In this document: positions 58,044 to 64,000 of the stretch, piece after piece | How positions within the stretch are numbered: the stretch's first letter is position 1 | Layout: each line of letters starts with the position of its first letter | Virus record (IMG/VR): IMGVR_UViG_3300035704_000393 | Span: 1 to 64,000 of that record | Strand: one strand, 5' to 3' | Length of the DNA: 64,000 nucleotides | Origin: a virus | The notes under the pieces: model-generated | The model's database searches: none | Seen by the model: only the letters and a program-made list of their open reading frames with translations | What the model was told of the DNA's origin: nothing | Position numbers and translations under genes: made by a program

Positions 58044-59786
58044 GTGTCGGTGACAACCGAGCTGTTCGCCAACCCGGCCACGGCTAACCCCGTCGTCACC
58101 AGCGGCGGGTCGACCACCCCGGTCTCCGGTACGTCGGAGTCCTGGACGGTCACCGGCCTGGCCGCGTTCCCCGCCGTCTCCAGCGCGGCGACCACGCCGA
58201 CGTACTGCCGGTGCTGCGACCCGGCCCAGCCGTCCGAGGTCCTGTGGATCACCAACATCTCCGGGACCACGGCGACAGTCACCCGCGGCGCCGAGGGCAG
58301 CACCACCGTCAACCACGGCACCGGCTTCGCCCTGGAGCTGCTCATCACCGCCGGCGGGCTCGGGAACTTCACCCAGGGCTGGCCCGGCCTGATCAGCACC
58401 CTGGTCGCCAAGTCGGCCGCGTACACCGCGACCGCCGCAGACAACGTGATCGTCTGCAACTCGACCACGGCCGCGTTCACGGTCACCCTGCCCACCGCGG
58501 TGGGCGCGCTCGGCCGCACCTACACGGTCAAGAAAACCGACAGCTCAGCGAACGCGGTCACCGTCGACCCGAATGGCGCCCAGACCGTCGACGGCGCGGC
58601 CACCTACACGCTGGCCAAGCAGTGGCAGTCGGTCACGGTCGTCTCAGACGGCGCCAACTGGCAGATCGCCGGGAACTCCCTGGCCCTCGACACCACGAGC
58701 ACGGACATCCAGCCGCTCGGCACCCAGGCCGCCGGCGCGCAGGGCATGGCCGCCGACGCCAAGCACGTCCACGCGATGCCCCGGCATGACCAGCTGCTCG
58801 CCCCGACCGGCGCGGTCGCCTGGGGCAGCCAGAAAATCACCGGCCTCGCGAATGGCAGCTCGGCCAGCGACGCGGCGGCGTTCGGGCAGCTCCCCTCCAT
58901 CGCCGGCCTGGCCGCGCTGTCCGGGGCCACATTCACCGGCCCGGTCACGGTCACCTCGCTGACCACCGAGACCACCAGCGTGACCAGTAACTACAGCGCC
59001 GGCTCGGGGGACTCGGTGATCCTGGCCGACGCGACCAGCGCGGCGTTCACGGTCACCCTGCCGACCGCCGCCGGGGTCGCCGGCCTGGCCTACACGATCA
59101 AGAAGACCGACTCCAGCGCGAACGTCGTCTCCGTCGTCTGCACCGGGGCGCAGACCATCGACGGGACCGCCGCCTACGCCCTGACCGCCCGCGCCTGGGT
59201 CGAGGTCGTCTCCGACGGCACCAACTGGCAGGTGACCGCCGAACCGGACCGCACCGTCATCGACATGACCTCGGTCTCGATGACGACCCAGACGCTGCCG
59301 ACCGCGATGTCTCAGGTGATGAGCATCATCGCGAACGAGGCCCGGGCCGGCATGGAATTCGAGATCGAGATCGACGGGGTTATCACCGCGCCGACCTCGG
59401 GCACCGGCCTGCCGGCGTTCACGTTCGGGCTCTACGTCGACGGGACCAGCACGCAGATCGGGGATAACACCGGGCTGGGCGGGGTGTACCTGACCCCGGT
59501 CGGCTCGACGTTCTCCTTCACGATCTGCTACCGGGCGCAGATCCTGGTTGTCGGCTCGTCCGGGACATGCACCGTCGTCTCAGCCGGCACCTCCCAGAGC
59601 CGCGGCTCTAACGCCGGGAACACCGGCCCGCAGGCGTCCGTCGCGCTCGGGTCCAACCACAACGGCGCCGCGACGCTCCACACCAACTCCGCGCACACGC
59701 TGCGGATCTGCGCCGCGTGGGGCTCCACCACGGCCACCGGCCACCATGCGGGCACCAACCGGACCCGGATGACCCGGCGGTACTGA
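58044..59786 (+). CDS. Minor tail/fibre protein with duplicated ~85-aa module
   Basis: GGGAGG RBS; two copies of AAFTVTLPTA.G..G..YT.KKTDSSAN.V...GAQT.DG...VVSDG.NWQ. Confidence 0.75.
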   Translation: MSVTTELFANPATANPVVTSGGSTTPVSGTSESWTVTGLAAFPAVSSAATTPTYCRCCDPAQPSEVLWITNISGTTATVTRGAEGSTTVNHGTGFALELLITAGGLGNFTQGWPGLISTLVAKSAAYTATAADNVIVCNSTTAAFTVTLPTAVGALGRTYTVKKTDSSANAVTVDPNGAQTVDGAATYTLAKQWQSVTVVSDGANWQIAGNSLALDTTSTDIQPLGTQAAGAQGMAADAKHVHAMPRHDQLLAPTGAVAWGSQKITGLANGSSASDAAAFGQLPSIAGLAALSGATFTGPVTVTSLTTETTSVTSNYSAGSGDSVILADATSAAFTVTLPTAAGVAGLAYTIKKTDSSANVVSVVCTGAQTIDGTAAYALTARAWVEVVSDGTNWQVTAEPDRTVIDMTSVSMTTQTLPTAMSQVMSIIANEARAGMEFEIEIDGVITAPTSGTGLPAFTFGLYVDGTSTQIGDNTGLGGVYLTPVGSTFSFTICYRAQILVVGSSGTCTVVSAGTSQSRGSNAGNTGPQASVALGSNHNGAATLHTNSAHTLRICAAWGSTTATGHHAGTNRTRMTRRY

Positions 59787-59789
59787 GGC

Positions 59790-62700
59790 ATGGCCGCGCT
59801 GACCGACGCGGTACCCGGCCGGGCCGTCCAAGGACTCACCAGCCCCGGCCGGCTCGCCCCGTCCGCCCCCGCCACCGTCACAGCCGGCCTGGCCGCCGGA
59901 ACCGGAACCGCGCCAGCCCCGTCCTCCGCACCCGCCGGCGGACCGCCGGCGGGCTCGCCCGCGGGCTCCGGCACAGCACCCCCGCCCGCCGCGCAGGCAG
60001 CCTTCACGGTCACAGCCGGCGCCCCGGCGGGCTCGGGCACAGCACCCCGGCCGTCCCTCGCGGTCCAGGTCCTGGCCGGCGCCGCGCAGGGCACCGGAAC
60101 CGCCCCGGAACCGTCCGCAGCCACCGCGGTATCCGGAACCGGCCACGCCGGGCAGGCCGCCGGGACCGGCCAGGCACCCGCCCCGGCCGGCCAGCCGGCC
60201 AGCAGCCAGCACCCCGGCTGCCCCGCCGGAACCGGAACCGCGCCGGCGCCGTCGATCGCGACGGCCGCCGCGGGTTCCGGCCAGCCCGGCCCGGCCGCCG
60301 GCACCGGGCAGGCCAGCCCGCCGGCCGCCACGGCCGCCAGCAGGCCAGCCCCGCCCGCGCCCGCCGGGACCGGCACGGCGCCCCAGCCCGCAGCTGCGGG
60401 CGTCACCGCCGTCACCGTCACGGCCGGCCTGGCCGCCGGAGCCGGGTTCGCGCAACCCCCCGCCCTCTACACCGGCCAGGCCCGCGCCGGGCTCGCCGCC
60501 GGGACCGGTACCGCGCCCCAGCCCGCCGTGCTGGCCTACTCGGAGGTGGCAGGACTCTTGACCGACAGCCTCGTGATCGGCGGCGCCATCGAGCTGCTCG
60601 GCGGCGGCGTCGCAAGTACCCTGCCGCAATGCGCCGGCGCGATCTTCCGCCTCGGCCGCGGCTACGACCTCGGATCACCCCAGCCCGTCGTGGACCTGCT
60701 CACCACCCTCATGGGCGACGGCTCCCGGCCCACCGGGTGGCGGTACGACAACCGCACCGTGACCCTCCCGGTGACCATCGTCGTGCCGTCCACCGGCGAC
60801 CTGCCCGGCGACCGGCTCACCCTGGCCGGCGCCCGCGAGCTGCTGCTCGAAGTCATCGCCGCCGACGAGTTCACCCTCACCTGGGCGCCCGACGGGCAGA
60901 ACAACCAGCTCAACCTGGTCTGGGACTGCTTCCGGGCGCACGCCGCCACCGTCATCCACGACGTGCTCATGGCCCGGCAGCTGGTCTCCGAGCTGACCAT
61001 CACCTTCGACGCCCTGCCCTACGGCCGCAGCGACACCGCGGTCGCGCTCGCGTTCGACTCCCCCGTAGTCGGGCAGGCCCCGCCGCTCGGCCCGGTCACC
61101 ATTGACGACTACACCACGGTCGCCAGCCTCACCCAGGGCACCGCCGGCGGCACGTCGTACGACACGGCCGCGGCCAGCCCCGCGCCGGCCGCCTGGTGGA
61201 GGCTGGAGGACACGGCCGGCTCGGCCACGGCCGCCGACTCATCCGGCGGCGGCCACGCCGGCACCGCCACGAACGTGACCTTCGGCACCGCCTCCGGCGG
61301 CAACGCCCCGGCCGCCACCGCCGCGTCGTTCAACGGGACCAGCTCCCGGATCACCAGCACCTACAACCCGTCCGGCGGCGGCGCCTGGACGGTGCAGGCG
61401 TGGGTCAACCTGCAAGGCTCCGTGCCGCGCGGCAACCCGCGGATCATCTCCAACAGCCACACCGACGTCGCCGGGGACCGCAAGGGCTTCGAGCTGCTCC
61501 TGGCCAACGGCCGCTGGCCGCAGGTCTGGTTCGGCAACGGCGTGTCCTCAGCCGGGGCCAAGGCCCCCGCACCCATCCCGCTCAGCGGCTGGGTGTACCT
61601 CGTCGGCACCTGGGACGGCGCCACCATCCGGCTCTACGTGCAGAACACCCTGGCCGCCACCGCCTTCCTGAACGGCACCCTCGCCGCCGGCGCCGCGAAC
61701 ACGGCCATCGGGTACAACCCGACCAACTCACTCGACTGGATGGACGGCCTGGTCAGCGAGGCAGCCGTCACCGCCGCCACGCTGACCACCGGGCAGATCG
61801 CCGCGAACTACCAGGCCGGCCAGCCGTGGTGGTCCCAGGCGACGGTCACCGCCCTGTACTCCACCTCGGCCCAGTGGCACCACGACGTCGCCGGCGCCTA
61901 CCAGCCGCTCCAGTACACCCGCACCCTGCCCGCCCAGGTCAACCTGACCGGCTACGGCAAGATCCTGTTCTGGCTCGGCCTGGCCCAGGACACCACCGAG
62001 TACTGGCGGCCGAAAACCCCGGTCACCGTGCTGCTCATCCTGACCGACGCGCTCGGCCAGACCCTGAAGTTCTCCACCCGCACGCCCAGCTACGCCTCCA
62101 AGAACACAGCCTGGCCGGTGTGGAACCAGATCACCCTGACCATCCCGCAGGGGCGGGCGTTCGCCTATGACCAGGTGGTCTCCTACCAGATCACCGCGTA
62201 CAACGAGGTGCACCAGGGCGGGGCGCTGGAACTGGACGCGGCCGGGTTCCTGTCCGGCCTGACCGCCGCCGTCATCGCCAGCCCCAAGAGGCCGGCGAGC
62301 ATCAGGGGCGGCACCTACGTGCTGTATGACGTCGAAGGGTCGGCGCCGGCGCCGCTGAACGTGCACTGCCAGCTCGGCCTCGTCACGCAGACACCCTCCA
62401 CCCAGGTCATCACGCTGCCCGGCACCCCCGGCACGGTCAGCCAGTACACCGCGCCGCCGGAGAACCCGTCCTGGCTGCTGGGCGACAGCAACGACTTCGA
62501 GGGCGGCACGACCGGCGGCTGGGTCGGCGTCAGCGACGGCGCCGCGGCGAACGCCACCATCGCCGCATCCACGACGCAGGTGCTCTCCGGCACCTACTCC
62601 ATGTCGATGACCCCGGTCTCCGGCGGCTCCAGCATGACCGCCGCGGCCTCGACCATCGCCAACGTCGGCAGCCAGGGCGTGCCCGCCAGCGCGGGGGACC

Positions 62701-64000
62701 GGATCGCCGTCCGGGCCTGGATGCGCGCCGGCACCACCGGCCGGAACGTGACAGTCGGCGCTGAGTTCTTCAACGCCTCGGGCACCAGCCTGGGCACCGT
62801 GTCGCTCGGCGCGATCGCGGACAACAACTCGTCCTGGACGAAAATCGACGGGCGGGTCACCGCGCCGGCGAACTCGGCCAACGCCCGGCTGGTCGTCACC
62901 GTGGCCACCCCGGCCGCGGGTGAGATCCACTACCTGGACGCCCCCTACCTGGCCTACGCGATCCAGGCCCAGGTCGTCACCCGGGCAGCCGGCGGCGGCG
63001 GCGGCTCGGTCGTCTACAAGGCCGGCGGCGGCGGCGGCGGCGCGGGCGAGATCGCGTGGGAAACCAACCTCGACCTGACCCCGGCCGCGAACCACGCCTA
63101 CTCGATCGGCGCCGGCGGCCAGAAGGGCGCCGACCCGACCAACGGCGCGCCCGGCGGCGACTCCTACTTCACCGGCACGACCACCACGGTGCGGGCGCAC
63201 GGCGGCGGAGCCGGCCTCGGCCGGAAGACCGCGAACGGCAACGGAGCGGGCGGTTCCGGCGGGTCCGGGAGCACGAACGGCCACCACTTCTCCGGGGGCT
63301 CGGGCTCGGCGGGGGACTACACCCAGGATGAGGGCGGCGGCGGCGGAGGCTCGCCCGGCGACGGCGGGTCCGGCGGAAACGCGGGCTCGGGCGGCCAGCA
63401 TGTCCCGGGCGCGGCCGGCGCGGCCGGCGCGCTCGGCCTGCCCGGCGCGCCCGGCGGCGGCGGCTACGGCGGCCTGGCGGTCGGCGCGGCCTACAAGAGC
63501 GGCGACGGCACCCGCGGGAACACGCCCGGCGCGGGCGGCGGCGGCGCCGGGTCGAGCGCGGCGCTGCGCGGCGGCGGGTTCGGCGGCAGCGGCACCATCC
63601 GGCTCCAGATCACCACCTACTCCAGCTCGCCCGCGTTCGGCGCGCTGGTCGTGCACCGGCCCAGCACCCGGACCCCGATCCTGGCCAAGCCCGTCCTGGA
63701 CATCGGCGGCGGCGGCGACCCGCCGGACGGCCGGGAATACACCATCGCCCAGGTCGACGGGCAGAACGCCCGGTACGCCGGCACCTACACCGTCATCCTG
63801 GCCAACTTCTCCTGGGACGGCACCGCCGCGCGGACGGTCACCGCGACAATCCGCCAGTACACCAGCGGCGGCGCCGCCTCGGCCGCGGCCACGCTGACCG
63901 CCACGGTCACCCCCGCCCAGGTGACCAACGGCCTGGTCGTGCTCGGCGAGGTCACCCTTCCCGTCACCGACATGGCCGCCGACAACACCGACGCGTTCTT
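59790..64000 (+). CDS. Large tail-tip protein (truncated by window): AGxAxGTGxAP repeats, Dit-like domain, LamG-like domain, CBM-like domain, Gly-rich domain
   Basis: ATG 59790 after previous stop, no stop noticed to window end; DGS..G.RYDNRTVTLP...FDALPYGRSD; WWRLED.AG..AADSSG; NDFEGGTTGGW; GGGGGAG. Confidence 0.75.
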   Translation, partial: MAALTDAVPGRAVQGLTSPGRLAPSAPATVTAGLAAGTGTAPAPSSAPAGGPPAGSPAGSGTAPPPAAQAAFTVTAGAPAGSGTAPRPSLAVQVLAGAAQGTGTAPEPSAATAVSGTGHAGQAAGTGQAPAPAGQPASSQHPGCPAGTGTAPAPSIATAAAGSGQPGPAAGTGQASPPAATAASRPAPPAPAGTGTAPQPAAAGVTAVTVTAGLAAGAGFAQPPALYTGQARAGLAAGTGTAPQPAVLAYSEVAGLLTDSLVIGGAIELLGGGVASTLPQCAGAIFRLGRGYDLGSPQPVVDLLTTLMGDGSRPTGWRYDNRTVTLPVTIVVPSTGDLPGDRLTLAGARELLLEVIAADEFTLTWAPDGQNNQLNLVWDCFRAHAATVIHDVLMARQLVSELTITFDALPYGRSDTAVALAFDSPVVGQAPPLGPVTIDDYTTVASLTQGTAGGTSYDTAAASPAPAAWWRLEDTAGSATAADSSGGGHAGTATNVTFGTASGGNAPAATAASFNGTSSRITSTYNPSGGGAWTVQAWVNLQGSVPRGNPRIISNSHTDVAGDRKGFELLLANGRWPQVWFGNGVSSAGAKAPAPIPLSGWVYLVGTWDGATIRLYVQNTLAATAFLNGTLAAGAANTAIGYNPTNSLDWMDGLVSEAAVTAATLTTGQIAANYQAGQPWWSQATVTALYSTSAQWHHDVAGAYQPLQYTRTLPAQVNLTGYGKILFWLGLAQDTTEYWRPKTPVTVLLILTDALGQTLKFSTRTPSYASKNTAWPVWNQITLTIPQGRAFAYDQVVSYQITAYNEVHQGGALELDAAGFLSGLTAAVIASPKRPASIRGGTYVLYDVEGSAPAPLNVHCQLGLVTQTPSTQVITLPGTPGTVSQYTAPPENPSWLLGDSNDFEGGTTGGWVGVSDGAAANATIAASTTQVLSGTYSMSMTPVSGGSSMTAAASTIANVGSQGVPASAGDRIAVRAWMRAGTTGRNVTVGAEFFNASGTSLGTVSLGAIADNNSSWTKIDGRVTAPANSANARLVVTVATPAAGEIHYLDAPYLAYAIQAQVVTRAAGGGGGSVVYKAGGGGGGAGEIAWETNLDLTPAANHAYSIGAGGQKGADPTNGAPGGDSYFTGTTTTVRAHGGGAGLGRKTANGNGAGGSGGSGSTNGHHFSGGSGSAGDYTQDEGGGGGGSPGDGGSGGNAGSGGQHVPGAAGAAGALGLPGAPGGGGYGGLAVGAAYKSGDGTRGNTPGAGGGGAGSSAALRGGGFGGSGTIRLQITTYSSSPAFGALVVHRPSTRTPILAKPVLDIGGGGDPPDGREYTIAQVDGQNARYAGTYTVILANFSWDGTAARTVTATIRQYTSGGAASAAATLTATVTPAQVTNGLVVLGEVTLPVTDMAADNTDAF

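Noticed and set aside
1-64000. tRNA/tmRNA/rRNA genes, integrase, endolysin
   Set aside because: None recognised by eye; lysis and integration genes probably lie outside the window, so temperate versus lytic lifestyle cannot be settled here

Overview
A very GC-rich (about 70-75% by eye) segment of an actinobacterial siphovirus-type phage or prophage, covering the end of the early/regulatory region and most of the virion operon on the + strand. In order: a P27-type small terminase fusion, putative fibre/decoration genes, large terminase, HNH genes, an XRE/DUF5753-type regulator, a 3018-aa portal-MuF polyprotein, two more multidomain head proteins, a Mu-type prohead protease/scaffold polyprotein, four capsid-cement paralogues, major capsid, head-tail genes, tail tube, chaperone, tape measure and tail-tip genes (the last runs off the window). 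The most unusual features are: (1) four consecutive head polyproteins (25.5-43.6 kb) carrying enzymatic effector domains (two ADP-ribosyltransferases, an alpha/beta hydrolase, two Zn peptidases, a kinase-like domain, a peptidoglycan-binding domain), punctuated by 13 copies of a short F/W-x4-6-R-x(n)-G-x-F/W tag, usually just after Ala-Ala, which suggests a tagged, protease-released cargo system; (2) a ~680-nt non-coding region with a perfect 24-bp inverted repeat, a crossing 14-bp inverted repeat and competing local hairpins (candidate large structured RNA or invertible element); (3) a Tat-signal animal-type heme peroxidase inside the head-tail module; (4) four antisense micro-gene cassettes, each starting 5-6 nt after a TANNNT box (leaderless); (5) a CX5R phosphatase with a frame break near its 5' end. 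All family assignments come from motif recognition by eye, not database searches.
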